The position numbers were made by a program, and so were the translations under genes. The notes below the pieces were generated by a model. The model was not told the DNA's origin, ran no database searches, and was given only the letters and a program-made list of their open reading frames with translations. Below, piece by piece: positions 26,501 through 39,805 of a stretch of DNA of 64,000 nucleotides. Position 1 is the first letter of the stretch. Each line of letters opens with the position of its first letter. This DNA is from Mobula hypostoma (lineage: Eukaryota). The stretch covers positions 57,228,001-57,292,000 of the forward strand of contig NC_086108.1 of the NCBI RefSeq assembly GCF_963921235.1, read 5' to 3'.

Positions 26501-29201
26501 AGCAAGACATACCCAACATTCAGGCATAGGCTCATCCAGCAAGTAACATTCATGAACTCATTTCGAGAGGCTTCTCCATGACAAAAAAAGCTGACGTCCT
26601 AAATCAATGTGGATTCTAGCCGTCTATGGGTCACCGTGCAACAGGCAGGGAGCAGAATCAAGCCTTTTTGGCCCTTGACTTAAATTGACAGGGACTAAGG
26701 AGAATCCACCATTCTGACTGTCCTCAGACACTTGCAGCTGCACGTCACCTCCAACTTGTCTCCTGCTGGCCTGGAGCTCATCTATGGGGTGAATGAGGGG
26801 AGAGGGGAGGGCGGTCAAAGCACAAGAGAGACGAGGCGTTGATCATCCCTTTGCTGCCTCAGATGCAACTTTTCAGGTGGTTTCTTCTGAATGCCCCAAC
26901 GGTAATGTATTCAAAACCACAGGCAGCAGATCCAAGGACAACATTCAGGCATAGGTTAATGTAGCCTGTAATAACTTATGCCTTAATCGGGCCAGGCAAC
27001 AAAAATGGCTTAAACTGAAGAGTTCAAACTGCCAGCCTTGATATTCAATGTAATTATTATCACTGAGCACCTGCACCCATACCCCTCATCCGTAGATGGG
27101 TGGAAGGCGGTGGGGTTTGAAATTGGCCAAAACTCAGCTGAAACAGCCATAAAAATACAGTGGCTTGAAGAGTAGTTCAGAAGCTTCTTGTGGTGAGTAA
27201 CTGAGCTTCCAATGCTCTCCCTTTCCACCATCTACAGGTGCCTGTCCTAATCAGGCTTATATTCACTGATATATGGTGTGAAATTTGTTGTTTTAGCAGT
27301 AGTGCAGTGCAAGACATAAAAAAAGAACTACTAAAAGTTACAATAAAAATAAACTACCTAAATAGTGCAAAAGTGGAATGGCAAGGAAGTGCTCAAGGAC
27401 CGTTCAGAAATCTGATAGCAGGGCAGAGTGCTTGCCATTTACACCACATTGGCACTAGCTGCCACACGAGAACTCACAGAACAAGAGTTCCTGATGCTGA
27501 GAGAGGGGCTTTACTGACAATGTCCTGTTTGTTTATGACCCTACTCGGCAATCAATGCGCTATTTCCTTTGCAGTTGCATTCCTCCCTCCAGCTGGTGCA
27601 ACCTGTCTGCCATCCTCACACTGCTTCACTCCACCTCAAACTCTTGTTTCACCACTCCCCCCCTCCTCGCACCTTGCCTGTTCATACTGGCCGTCTCCCC
27701 TCTCCACTCCCAGTCCTGGTGCAGGGTTTTGATGCAAAACGTTAACAATATTCTTTTCCTCGAACAGATGCCGCTCAACTCACTGAGTTCCTCCAGCAGG
27801 TCATTTGCTGCTCCGGATGCCAGCACCTGCAGTCACTTGCCTTCGCAGCTTCTGCTGTAGTAGTAGCTCCCAAATCTGCTTTCTCTTATCATTGACAAGA
27901 GCCACTCAGAAACTCCACCACCTTTCCCCAAGCTGCACACTATCTTGACTATTCCCGAGTCTAAATTCCAGATCTGCCCAGATAACAGCGCTTTAGGGGT
28001 AGGCTTGCAGTGGTTTAAAGAGACTGTTTACTACCACCTTCCCAAAGCAACTTTGGAAAGGCAATAAATTTTGGTGCTGTTGCTGAATACTACACCCACC
28101 CCCCCCCAAATCACCAAATAAAACAAAAACTATGATTTAATGAAGATTTATTCCCACGAAGATTCCAAAGAGATGGAAAAGTAATTAAGTTTCAAATGAT
28201 CACCCCTGTCAATAAAGTGTATGGGAGGCACTGAAGAAATATAAATTGGCCTGTCTCATCCTGCTCAGTATCCAGAGACCTGAGCAAGTATAACTGGACT
28301 CAATGTGATACACCCATCAGTCACAAAGTAAAGGCTATTTGGGGCTAATTGATGAATAACACAACTGTAAATCACTAGCGAGTCAGAAACTTCTGTAGGA
28401 GACAGTGTGAAATCAGAAGGGAAAAGCTTGAATTTTCTACCAATCAAGTGTACTGGTTAAAGCTCTGCGAATGAACTAATTGCTTTGGGGCTGAGCTGAA
28501 ATTGACTCCTTACAGTGAACCATTGCCACAAAATATTGCTCATGTTCAAAGGAACAGCAATTAACCACAGCAGCTTATCTCTACTGCACATAAGAGAGAC
28601 AGACACCCTTTTAAAGCTTAGCTTTCCAAGTATTTCAATAACAAATGCTAACATCTTAAATTCCATCTCAGCAGTTTTGGAAGCAAGGGAATGTATTCCA
28701 TGCATTTAATAAAATATTTGAAACTGTTACTCTTCAATTAGTTCCTTTCACCAGCAAAACATAAGCATCAGTAACATAAACACCACCACTGAAGGGAAAA
28801 ACAATCACGATTACTACCTCGGATTCAATGATGAGAAGCTAAGAATCCCATCACTGGTCAGTATAGGTCATTCTGTCAACTACAGCATCAAGATGATCAA
28901 TGATTGATAACCATTTCTCTGTGCCACCACCCCCGCCCCCAACCACACCACCCCATGCTCTAAATCATGGTCACAAAGACCAAATTCAATACTAATATCG
29001 TCATCCAAAGTTAAATCCTTTATATTAAAAAAAAGACCTGACCAACGAAATCAAATGTGGTACGTTTCCGGGCAATGCATACCTACACTGGCTGACATAA
29101 CAATTTAGCCTCATTTTGCAATTAACCACAATTATTTTAATCATTTCCTGGCATTCAGAGATAAATTTGTTTAATATAAAAAAGTTTCAATAAAAGGATA
29201 C
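23530..29201 (-). other. WLS: U12-type (minor spliceosome) GT-AG intron of WLS, between exons 8 and 9
   Basis: 5' splice site GTATCCTTTT (29201-29192). Branch site CCTTGAC (23549-23543) close to the AG, with no polypyrimidine tract. Confidence 0.9.
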
Positions 29202-29265
29202 AGCCAGTTCTGTGCCGACATCAGTGGCCCAAATACTGTAGAAAGGGTTTGTCAGCTGCACGCCC
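29202..29265 (-). CDS. WLS: Wntless coding exon 8 (64 bp)
   Basis: GVQLTNPFYSIWATDVGTELA. Acceptor tttccag; donor GTATCCTTTT (U12 type). Confidence 0.96.
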
Positions 29266-29577
29266 CTGGAAAAAATTATAAAAAATAAGGCAAGTTTTAT
29301 CAGAAATTTGGTGTTCAAAACATGCCACCGTTACTATATTTAATCAAGAGGAAGAGCATCCTTTCAGCATTCTTTGCAATACGTATTTTTAGTATGTTCC
29401 TTGGGTATTTTAGTTCTACCATTTTCTAGTTGAGGGGATTGAAAATTGATCCCAACACTGTACCAAGACTGTACTTCAGTAAGTCACTGAATCTGCTTTC
29501 ACACAACAGGTTACCCTAGTGGCTTTTCGTAACGTAGACTGGGTTAGTGTTTTCAATTGCACGGATTCCCATCAAGT

Positions 29578-29705
29578 CCTGACGAAGGGTCTCGACCTGA
29601 AACGTCGACTGCACCTCTTCCTAGAGATGCTGCCTGGCCTGCTGCGTTCACCAGCAACTTTTATGTGTGTTGCTTGAATTTCCAGCATCTGCAGAATTCC
29701 TGTTG
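29578..29705 (+). mobile_element. Short PLE-derived insertion headed by an intact hammerhead motif (29575-29610)
   Basis: Perfect 12-bp TSD TTCCCATCAAGT (29566-29577, 29706-29717). Motif AGTC-CTGACGA-AGG GTCTCGA CCT-GAAA-C-GTC-GACT. Confidence 0.85.
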
Positions 29706-30067
29706 TTCCCATCAAGTACTTGTTTTTCCTTCTGCTACTAAACACTGTGCTTATAGCATAAGCAACCTAAAGAGCCAATACACGTACTGGGAAAGACTGA
29801 CGCGGAGTTAATAACTAACCTTTTAAAATATTTTACTTGAGTTATCTTACAAATGTGTACACTTGCTCTACATGTACTAGACAGCTTACAATACAGAAAC
29901 GCACAAATGCACCCTAACCTTAATGCCAAAATGGAAGAATGCTCAACTCAAAATAATCCTTTAACATAGATGGTGATGAAAATTTTCTTTCAGAGCTGGT
30001 TAGCAGTATCGGTTTAAGCGCCAGAGTTAAACTGAAGCTTTCTGTGAATCTATTAACAAGTCTTTAC

Positions 30068-30165
30068 CTCTCGCATAGATCAAAAATGAAGAGACAGAAG
30101 GAACCAAAACCAATCGGCACAATCTGCTTCAGGTAGACAGACAGTCGATTCCTTTCATTCTGGTC
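30068..30165 (-). CDS. WLS: Wntless coding exon 7 (98 bp)
   Basis: DQNERNRLSVYLKQIVPIGFGSFCLFIFDLCER. Sites cctag / gtaaag. Confidence 0.96.
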
Positions 30166-30938
30166 CTAGGAGGTAAAAACAGATGCACAAGATTTTTAAC
30201 AGAAGTTAATGTAAGTGATGTAGAGAAAAGCGGTTATTCAGAAGAAAGATTTGGTGAGCCAAGGTTATTTTTCTTTGAAACAGAGAAGCCTGATGAAAGA
30301 CTTAAGAGGTGAATAAAATCATGAGCAATATACACGAAAAGCTGGAGGAATGCAGGTCAGGCAACATCTATAGAAATGAATGAACAGCAGGTGCTTCAGG
30401 CTGAGACCCTTCTTCGGGACTGGAATAGCCAAGATAACACAAGGAGAGAGCAGATTTAAAGTAAATGGCAGATGAATGATTGGGGATAGGGAGGGGGAAG
30501 AATCACCCAGAGCATGCAGTAAACTCACCATCTAAAAAGGATAGTGAACACAAATACTCTTAATCATTTTTAACCTGCACTTCGCTGTGTAATGCATGGC
30601 CGTGGTTCTCATAATGAAAGGTGGGTTTAGGTGGGGTTCAGCTGTCACAGAAACAATAGCCTAAATGATCGCCATGGTCATCAATTTTCTTTGATCCGGA
30701 ATGAAATGTACCAGAGTAATTTAACTCCTATCATCTTTATGTAATAGCTCAACATGAAAATTGAGCAATAGCATCTCTCAAAAACTTTTTCATCATTAGT
30801 TACCACAATAATTTTTAATTCTTATTAAAAAGATTGCATCTAAAAATGACTTAAAAATTGAAGTAACAACACCTTTCATTTGGAAATTGACTCAGAAATA
30901 TTTCTTGAATAAGTATGTATTCTGCAGAATAAACTAAC

Positions 30939-31107
30939 CATGAGATGCTCCCCACAGAAGATAATCCAAAATGACAGCAACATGGCGTAGAAAATGCCCT
31001 GTCGAATGTCTCCGAAGAGCAGCATCCAAGTCCAGTCGAATCCGATGGAAAACCATTCCACTGGGATATTTATAAAGGTCATTGAGATTCCAAGTGCAAA
31101 AATTACT
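30939..31107 (-). CDS. WLS: Wntless coding exon 6 (169 bp)
   Basis: VIFALGISMTFINIPVEWFSIGFDWTWMLLFGDIRQGIFYAMLLSFWIIFCGEHLM. Sites tttgcag / gttagt. Confidence 0.98.
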
Positions 31108-31778
31108 CTGCAAATAAAATATTAACGACTTACGAAATTCTTTCCAGCAGAAACATTGTGATGTAGCTTAGAAAAGCATGCTTTGCTAATCTTGCAACTG
31201 CATTGAGTTTGCCTGCATATGTATCCCACATCAGGTAAACAAATTCCTTAAATTACACGACTCCATTTTCAAAATTAGTAGTTACAGGATCCCATTATTC
31301 ACTTTATTAAGCTCTAGATATGTTCTTTAATTATAGAGTCACAACTTCATATATAATTTACAGGAAGAATATTTGGCCAAATTAAATAAAGTTAATTGAA
31401 ACTTTTCACCAAATTCTTAGAACTCTTTTGCTGCAACTAATGCCCCGGTTGACATCAATTAACATCTCAATTTGAAATTCAGTGTGACATCTTCTGATTT
31501 GTATGGGCCTGTTTCACACTGAAGTATGCTTACCAAACGATCTACAGGTTTGTTGAATTTTTTAAAGTATTTTTATTGAATTTTATTAATTTTATTTTTA
31601 ATGGTGAGGATAAAGGATCCTAACTTAAATAACTTCGATTGCCAGAGATTGAATGAGAGAAAAAGAAAGAAAATAAAAATATTTAAACAGACTATGTGTA
31701 AACAGGAAAACCAAAGAACTAAATCGTATCTAGAAACATACCACAAAAACATAAAACTACATTCACTACTGGTCTTAC

Positions 31779-31915
31779 TTCTCCAGGAGGACAGGTGGGC
31801 GAGTCATCATTGTAATTCGTCTCCAATACCAGACCATAATGATGAGAATACTGGGAGTCAGGAAGGTTTTCATTGCAAACCAGACCCTTGTGAATCCCCC
31901 ATTCTGATGGATTGC
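31779..31915 (-). CDS. WLS: Wntless coding exon 5 (137 bp)
   Basis: AIHQNGGFTRVWFAMKTFLTPSILIIMVWYWRRITMMTRPPVLLEK. Sites aacag / gtaaga. Confidence 0.97.
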
Positions 31916-33392
31916 CTGTTTAAAAGAATCAAATGACTATCATTAAAACCTTTATAAAATGGAGAGTTAATAGAATGTGGCATTCCTAATAATCCTTTCA
32001 CTACAGCTTTCTCTGAACACAACAAATGGCTTTAAGTCTAGCATCTGGGTTCAATCATTGTTACATACATCACTGAATATGCCATTCAGCGACCATGTAT
32101 TGGTGTTTATGCTTCACTTGAGTCTCCTTCCAACCCTCTTCATCAACATCTGCGATAATCATCTCTTCCTTTCTTCACAGGTGTTGAACTGGCTAAAGCA
32201 TCTGTGCTTCCCTTTTCACTAGCCTTTATGCTACCTGGCTCTATATTTCAACTACTAATTGTGTAACAGATTATTTCATATTTATAGATTTTAGCTTTGG
32301 TGTCCTTAATGAGTGAAAATATTTTCTGCTTTCCTTCCCAACAAACATTTTCAAAAATTTTAAAGCCTTCAATGTATTAGGTAGAATGTACATCTTCTCT
32401 TCTTCAAAAACAAGTGCATCATTCAGTTGGTCCTGATTGATTTTGGAATCACAGCTGAAGCACCAGGCTTTGAAGGATAGTTACAAGGAGACTATAGATG
32501 ATGAAACTGGTAGCAAAAAAGTAGTTAGCGGGTCAAACGGCATCTATGGTAGTGAAGGGATGATTGAAGTTTTGGGTTAAGATCTGAAGGGCAAATTGGT
32601 TCTTAGAGCCCTTCGCTAAAAGGGCTGACAGTCTGAGATCACCCCTATTGATCTGGCATCTGATCAGCATGACATCTTTTTCAAAGTATCATTCCATGAA
32701 TGATTGCTACATCGAGTACGACATGAACATTTATTGACACTTGCAGTGTAATCTGCTCTTTTAGTTCTCAGTAAGAGACAGCATTATCGTTACTGTATTC
32801 TAATATTACAAATAAAAATATCCAATTTCATTTCTATCTCTAGTCTGTATATGCCAAATGGCCGTGACCAGCTTCAGTCCCAGGACCTAATCTGGAATTT
32901 ATTTTGAGAATGCAAATAGAGGAATAGATAAAAGTGAAATAGTGGATATGGTCAGTTTCAGAAGGATTTTGATAAGATCCCACATAAGAAATTGGTATGC
33001 AATTTTAAAAAAACACACAGGACTGAACTGGTTGACAGATAGGAAACATTAGAAGTAAAGGGGACTTTTCCAGGTGGGGTTTTGAACAAAAGGGCATTCT
33101 CTTCTGAGTTTCCAAAAGCGGAATACATGATTATGCTTGGCAATTAATGCTTCTTTGAACACATGTCCTGCTTGTCTCTCCCAGTCTGGCAAGGCACGAG
33201 AAGACTACTAGGTTTCTTATAAAACTCAGTCAATATTTATTACTATTTTCTGACAAAAAATAAAAGGGAAAGTGCAATAGTTGGCTGGACATTTCATAAT
33301 GAATTGACGATTCATTAATAATTAGCTCCCAAGATTTAGTACTAAATCCCCTGGTATACTTTCATGTCAGAACAGTGCAGCAGTGACATTAC

Positions 33393-33554
33393 CACCAGCC
33401 GAACATTCTTCAGTTTTCCGATTTTCATGTTAATGTTCTTCTTCTCATTAACGGGAAGTCGTATGTTAATCAGGTAATACTTGTGCGCAACGCTCCCCAA
33501 TTCCATGAAGGGTAGCAGGTTACAGTCATACAGCTGCCCCTGATTGTCAGGATT
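33393..33554 (-). CDS. WLS: Wntless coding exon 4 (162 bp)
   Basis: NPDNQGQLYDCNLLPFMELGSVAHKYYLINIRLPVNEKKNINMKIGKLKNVRLV. Sites ccag / gtaatg. Confidence 0.97.
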
Positions 33555-34447
33555 CTGGTCAAGAGAGGAAACAGAATTCATCACGTCCCAGGCCACAGGA
33601 GTCAGAAGATTTTGTTACATACTGTAAGTGTCCCTCTCAAACATTTCAAAAGGTGTGATATCGTTTCAAAGGAAACAACTTCCTAGATAACAGCCTCTTC
33701 AAAATGTGAACCCTGTCACCAACATAAACAGATTTGCAAAATAAGCTTTTGGAATTGGGTGTGCATAATGAATATTTGGTGCAAAGTGAGTGAAGTTGGT
33801 TGGTTGTGGTGAAATAGCACGGCCGTAGGTCTGAGAGACCCATAAAAATGCAAGTTACTATGTGGAAATAATCATTATAGTATTCATGATTAGTTTCCCA
33901 ACAGATTTAATACTTTGTTTTGTAGTATCTTGTCCAAACCCAACAAACCCAGCAGAGGCCAGGAATTAAACCTAAAATCAATTAAACTTATCACCAACAA
34001 GCCCAGGGTGTACCATCTACTTAATTCAGATTGGTTCATGGAATAGTGTATTAGTTAATAAATCAGCTTCATAAAGTTGCTGAGAAGTGTGTGCAACTTA
34101 TATTCATTTGTAAAACAGACCTCTGTATTAACCCAGAGATTGATTTGTATATAGTGGAACTCTTTGGAATTAAAATCCCATGTCAGGAATGGTGAGTGTG
34201 AAATTATCAGATTGTTGTTAAAAATCTGGTGAATCCCTTCTGAACTCTCTCCAAAGCCTCCAGTTAGAGAAGGCAATAAATGTCAGCCTGGCCAGCAATA
34301 CCCAGATCTCACGATTGAATAACGTGTTAACAATCATGAATAGAGTGCAAACAGAAAACTCTAAAAACACGTAGCAGCTCTGGGTTCATTATCAGCAGGC
34401 TTTGATGTTCAACATTAATGGAACGGTGTAGAACTGAGATTACATAC

Positions 34448-34572
34448 TTTTGGAGATGAGAAGTTGCAATCTAGTTTCCGCTTCTCAATCGAATGGGCCA
34501 TCTCAGTCCACTCACTAATACGGTCATCACGATAGCCTAGCGAAACATTCAACGTAACCACAGCGTCGTCAG
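34448..34572 (-). CDS. WLS: Wntless coding exon 3 (125 bp)
   Basis: (A)DDAVVTLNVSLGYRDDRISEWTEMAHSIEKRKLDCNFSSPK. Sites tttccag / gtatgt; phase fits the neighbouring exons. Confidence 0.96.
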
Positions 34573-35469
34573 CTGGAAATAAAAGCACTGGCGGTTATTC
34601 TCAAAAATAAATTATTGTCGTTACACAATGAGGTATTTCCCACAAATAAGGAAACACTATCATTTGTCCAGGAATGTGCTGACACACAGCAATGTACTCC
34701 CCAGGTCTTCATGCTTAAGGACACTTGCACTGGGTGCAACAGCAACCTCGAAGTACGTTCAGAATTTTACCAAAAAGTGAGAAACATTGGGTGTGGGGTA
34801 TCCATCTTGAATTTGATGCTGTGATTTCCTTAAGGCGTAGAAAAGACCTCAGAAAATATGTTGCCAAAAAAAAAGGCCCCTTTTCCCAACTGCCACTGTG
34901 ATAACTGCAGTCCTATTCAGTCAAATAGGCTTGTGTTCTTTGATACGCAACAGACAGAAAATCTCCAATCATGCATTTATCACCCGAGCATGGCGTGTTG
35001 AGAGGCTGCTCAGCTCACTGGAAAACCGAGGGTTAAAAGGTAAACCTCAAAATAAGTGAAGTCTGACATTTAAGACCGAGAGAAACAATTTTTTCCAAGT
35101 CATAGTGAATTCTTTTCTGGAGGGCTGGAGTATTTTTGACACTGACACTAATAAATTATTTTCAAAAAGGAAGAATCCAAGGAAAGTACGCACAAGCTTT
35201 GGAGGTTGAAATGACACGTGGGTCAGTCAAGATTTTGTCCAGGCATTGATATGAGAAATTACAATGGACTTATCTTCTGCATGTACAAAACTTCTCTGGG
35301 GACTTGGCAACCAGCAATGGTGTGGAATTCAATTTTCAGGATAACATGTCGATAATATTTTGAACCAAAAATATTAGTGCTGGAGATATTCTATGGGTTG
35401 AGCAGCAACTGTAAAGTTATTTTTCTGATAAAATTTTATTCATAACAAAATTTTACTTTGATTATGTGC

Positions 35470-35965
35470 TGACATTGGAGAGGGTTTAGAGGAGGTTCGC
35501 GAGAATGATTCTGGGAATGAAAAGCTTACCATGTGAGGACTAATTGATGGCTCTGGGCTGTACTCACTGGAATGCAGAAGAAAGGTGGCGGGGGCGGGGT
35601 GGAATCTCACTGAAAGCTATTGAATGTTGAAAGGCCTTGATAGGCTGGATGTGGAGAGGATGTATCCTGTGGTGGGGGAGTCTAGAACAACCAGAGGACA
35701 CAGCCTGAGAATAGAGGGACATCTATTTAGAACAGAGATGAGCAGGAATTTCTTTAGCCAGAGAGCAGTGAATCTGTGAATTCATTGCCACAGATGTCTG
35801 TGGAGGCCAAGTCATTAAGGCAGAGGTTGCTAAGTTCTTGATTAGTCAGGGCATGAAGGGTTATGTGAAGCAGACAGGAGATTGAGGCTGAAAGGGAAAT
35901 GGATCAGCCATGATGAAATGGCAGAACAGACTCACTAGCCCAAGTGGCCTAATTCTGCTTATGGT
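35470..35965 (+). mobile_element. CR1 3' fragment
   Basis: Homologous to the CR1 3' ends at 4905-5290 and about 7590-8035. Confidence 0.8.
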
Positions 35966-36031
35966 CTAAAAAAAACGCATACAAAGAAATGGTGCAGGGC
36001 TTTACACATTTGTAGTGTTGTTCGGTATATA

Positions 36032-36610
36032 AGGTTCCTTAAGGTTGTTACAGCCAGGGGACGTAGTGGGGACAAGCTCCCACTACCTATTAAATGCACC
36101 CAGTGACATGAGCCTCAAATAGCCTCTGACAACCAAGTCCTAGCTCCTGGCCTTCATGTGTGCCTTAGCTACTAAGCCCAGCAGAACCATTTCTACTGGC
36201 AGAAGGGGTGGGTTACTCGTACCTTAACACCAGTTGCTTCAGGTAGATGGGGCTCGTCAGCCATTGTTAGCAGCTCATCCAGGAGGAAAACTCTGATATC
36301 AAACCTCCTCTGCCTTGCGGTTATACCCACTCATGGGGAAGGCCTCGGGAGTAACCCCAAGGAAAAATCTGGAGCTGGAATCCCCAAGGCAGTCCTGTGT
36401 TGAGTTCAGCATGATGGGCAATTCCCGTGACGCCTCAGGTGCCAAACTCTATTGGTCTCTGCTGTTCGTTTGGATTCATTAGCTGCATGGAGAGGAGGAG
36501 CATGCTGCCTGGGCAACAGCGTGTTCTCCATATCGTACTGCCCTGGCCTGCGTATCCTGTAGACCAGCTACAATGCAACTCCCATGGCTAACCCCAACCA
36601 ATGGAGGGCA
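36032..36610 (+). mobile_element. TSD-flanked non-coding insertion, possibly an RTE-related non-autonomous element
   Basis: Flanking TCRGTATATA (36022-36031, 36611-36620). More GC-rich than its surroundings, with a hairpin GTAGTGGG/CCCACTAC near the 5' end. Family assignment is tentative. Confidence 0.5.
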
Positions 36611-38269
36611 TCAGTATATACACTGTCAGTGTTAACAGTTCTCTACAGTGGGAGTGTTTGCATGTTCTGCAGGTAACATCATTGCCTCTCAGAGCCTCCT
36701 GGTGTGACACACACTTCAAGAGGCTTGAGCAGCTTCTACCCCAGACTTCGCCCCCTCAAAGTCTACTGGCAGAAGAATCCTTGGCTACCATCCTTCCCCC
36801 GTAACACGTGTATTGCCTGCCCTGAGTTTCAGTGTGTCCCTCAGCAACCTGGCAGCATTCCCTCATGGACATCTTGTTGTAGAGATAGATCAATCTGGGG
36901 CTTTCACTGAGATGATGATCTTCTTCTATCAGTACTTGATGTCAGCCTCTGTGATCACCCCTGGGAACAGACCGAAGATCGGAAATTGCTCCACAGCTGC
37001 TCGGGATGAACCATGACAATGAATATTGCATCCTTCTACAGACTTTCTATGCAAGTACACAGTCCTGCAAGGAGCTGGGCAACCTGAAGGAGGCCGAGAA
37101 CAGACAGGCTGGTGTACAAATGACGAGTTCTCCACTGACAGGCAAGGCCCAACACCAACTTGAGTAACATCAACTTGTATTCTGCCCGAGTAACCTACAA
37201 CCCAAAAGGATGAATGTTTAAATTGTCAATTTCAAGCAATCCTCATCTCCCGTGCTCACCACCTCTCCTTCCAAACCACCTCCAGTCCTCCAATATTTGC
37301 TCCCTTTCCCAAAGCAGCTCTCTAGCAACCTATCACCCATTTTTGTCCCCTTTCCCCCTCATGGTTCCATGCATGAAGTACCCATGGACCCCTCCCACAT
37401 GTTCTCCATCCCTAGTGATTCCCAATCTCTTCTTCCTCACTTATCAGATTCCAACGCTGGTATAATTTTTGTTTCCACCCATCACCCTCCAGCAACTGCC
37501 TCCACCTGCACTTTCACCCCCCACCAGCTCCGTCCTCCCCACCTCCAATTGTCAGCTTTCACATCACACAGCTGCCTCGACTTTCCAACTCCACCTTCCC
37601 TGTCCCCACCCATTCTTCAAACACCTCTTTTATTCAAGTTAGTAAAGATAGATATCTGAAATCAATAAATTGTTAAAATATAATAAGGATGCTGTGATAA
37701 CGTATCTTCACTTACTGGTTAATTTGAAAAAAAGTCTGAGCAGAGGATTAAATCTAAAATAATGGCTGCATATTATTTGACACATCCAAATTTTGAGATT
37801 GGATGACTGGCTGTAAAACATATCAGTTATCAACTACTCTTGGTGAGGATTGCTATTTCCCAGCATGACTTTACCTTATAATTGGCTGTCACCAGCCAGA
37901 GGTCATTATGATGCCCTTGTGCCATTAAGGCATGGATGATGTAGATATTGCAACCGTTACCAAGCTGTTGATTACCATAACATACAATCTTGTAGATATT
38001 TACATAAATGTCTTCCAATCTCTTTACAAAAGTTTACTGAAGATAGGTAGGCACACTTATGAATATACTTCATTGTAGGAACTGAGGGAAGAAACTATTC
38101 TAAATCATCACCTTTGACTTCTTACCCAACTTATTCTCCTATCAAATACTTTTAGATGACAATATAATCTCAGGGTAGTTATTCTTTGTTTGGAAAAGGA
38201 GGCAAGCATCAATGAATTGTTTTATCACAGAAATCTCAAAAAGCAGAGTTGAAGTGGGTGCGTCCGCCA

Positions 38270-38790
38270 AAACAGACAGGATCTCCCAGTAGCCACCCAC
38301 TTCAACTCTGCTTCCCACTCCCATTCAGATATGTCCATACATGGCCTCCTCTACTGCCATGATGAGGCTAAACTCAGGTTGGATGAGCAACACCTCATAT
38401 ACCGTCTAGGTAGTCTCCAGCCCCTTGGTATGAACATAGAATTCTCCAACTTCCGGTAATTCCCTCCCCCTCCCTTCCCCTATCCCTATGTCACTCTGCC
38501 CTTCTCCCAGCTTCCTATCACCTCCCTTATGGTTCCACTTCCTTCTACTACCCATTGTGTTTTCCCCTATTCTTTCTTCACCTTTTCTGCCTATCACCCT
38601 GCTTCCCCTTACTGGTTTTTCACCTGGAACCTACCAGCCTTCTCCTTCCCACCGTCCCCCCACCTTCTTTATAGGGCCTCTGCCCCTTCCCCCTTCAGTC
38701 CTGACGAAGGGTTCCAGCCCGAAACGTCGACCGATCTTTTCCACGGATGCTGCCCGACCTGCTGAGTTCCTCCAGCGTGTTGTGAGTCTT
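38270..38790 (+). mobile_element. Penelope-like 3' fragment with intact hammerhead motif (38698-38731)
   Basis: 38280-38459 encodes DLPVATHFNSASHSHSDMSIHGLLYCHDEAKLRLDEQHLIYRLGSLQPLGMNIEFSNFR* (GIY-YIG C-terminal part). Followed by GTC-CTGACGA-AGGG TTCCAG CCC-GAAA-C-GTC-GAC. Confidence 0.85.
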
Positions 38791-39189
38791 GTTTCCCCCA
38801 TGATTATTGTCATATTGCCCTTTAAGCATGCTTTTTCTATCTCCCATTGTAATCTGTAGACCACATCCTTACTGCTGTTTGAGGATCTGTATAAAACTCC
38901 CACCAGGATCTTTTTACCCTTTTATTTCCTTAGCTCCATCCACAATGATTCAACACCTCTTTCTAATGATTTGATTTCCTTTTTTAAACAACAGAGCAAT
39001 GCTGCTCCCTCTGCTTGTCCTTTTGATACAATGTGCATCCTTGGACATGAAGCTCTAATCTTCTTTCAGCCATGATTCAGTGACACCTACAACATCATAT
39101 CTGCCAATCTGCGTCTGTGCTGCAAGTTCATCGACTGCGCGCATTCAAGTATGAATACACTTAACCATGCAGGCGAGCCAGATCAAATC

Positions 39190-39415
39190 ACGCCACTGCC
39201 TGCAAGGAGTTTGTATGTTCTCCCCATGACTACACGAGTTTCCTCTGGGTGCTCTGGTTTCTTCCCACAGTTCAAAGACGTACTGGTTAGTGGGTTAATC
39301 GGTCATTGCAGATTGTCCTGTGATTAGCCTAGGAGTAAAACAGGGTATGGCTGGGTGGTGCAGCTCAAAGGGCCAGAAGGGACTAGACCGTGCTGTACCT
39401 CAATAAATTAAATTA
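39190..39415 (+). mobile_element. V-SINE (HE1-like) fragment
   Basis: Central domain GGAGTTTGTATGTTCTCCCC...TTTCCTCTGGGTGCTCTGGTTTCTTCCCACAGTTCAAAGACGT. Confidence 0.7.
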
Positions 39416-39805
39416 GTTATCCACAGACCAGGATTCTGACAAAACTAAAATGAGCACAGGTACCCTCTCCATAAATTAAGCAGTTCCTTTAACATAAAAG
39501 GAGGCCATTTACTCTATTCACTCTCTGCCAGTTCTCAATGCAATTGCATCGATTCCCCTTTTCCACTTATTTCCAGATAAGCAGTTGCTTCTCTCACACA
39601 TTGACCCCTAACACCGATCAACACTGAAGTAAATTTCCAGAATGTCGTCGAGTTGTGGTAAGAAACCGGTTCACAGGGCTACATTGTGAACACAGGATGA
39701 ACATGCAAATTCCACAGACAGTGTGGGAGATTTAGATGATACTCAGATTACTGGAGCAGTGCCACTGCATCCTCCTACAATTTCCCAGAATTTTATGTTT
39801 CATTA

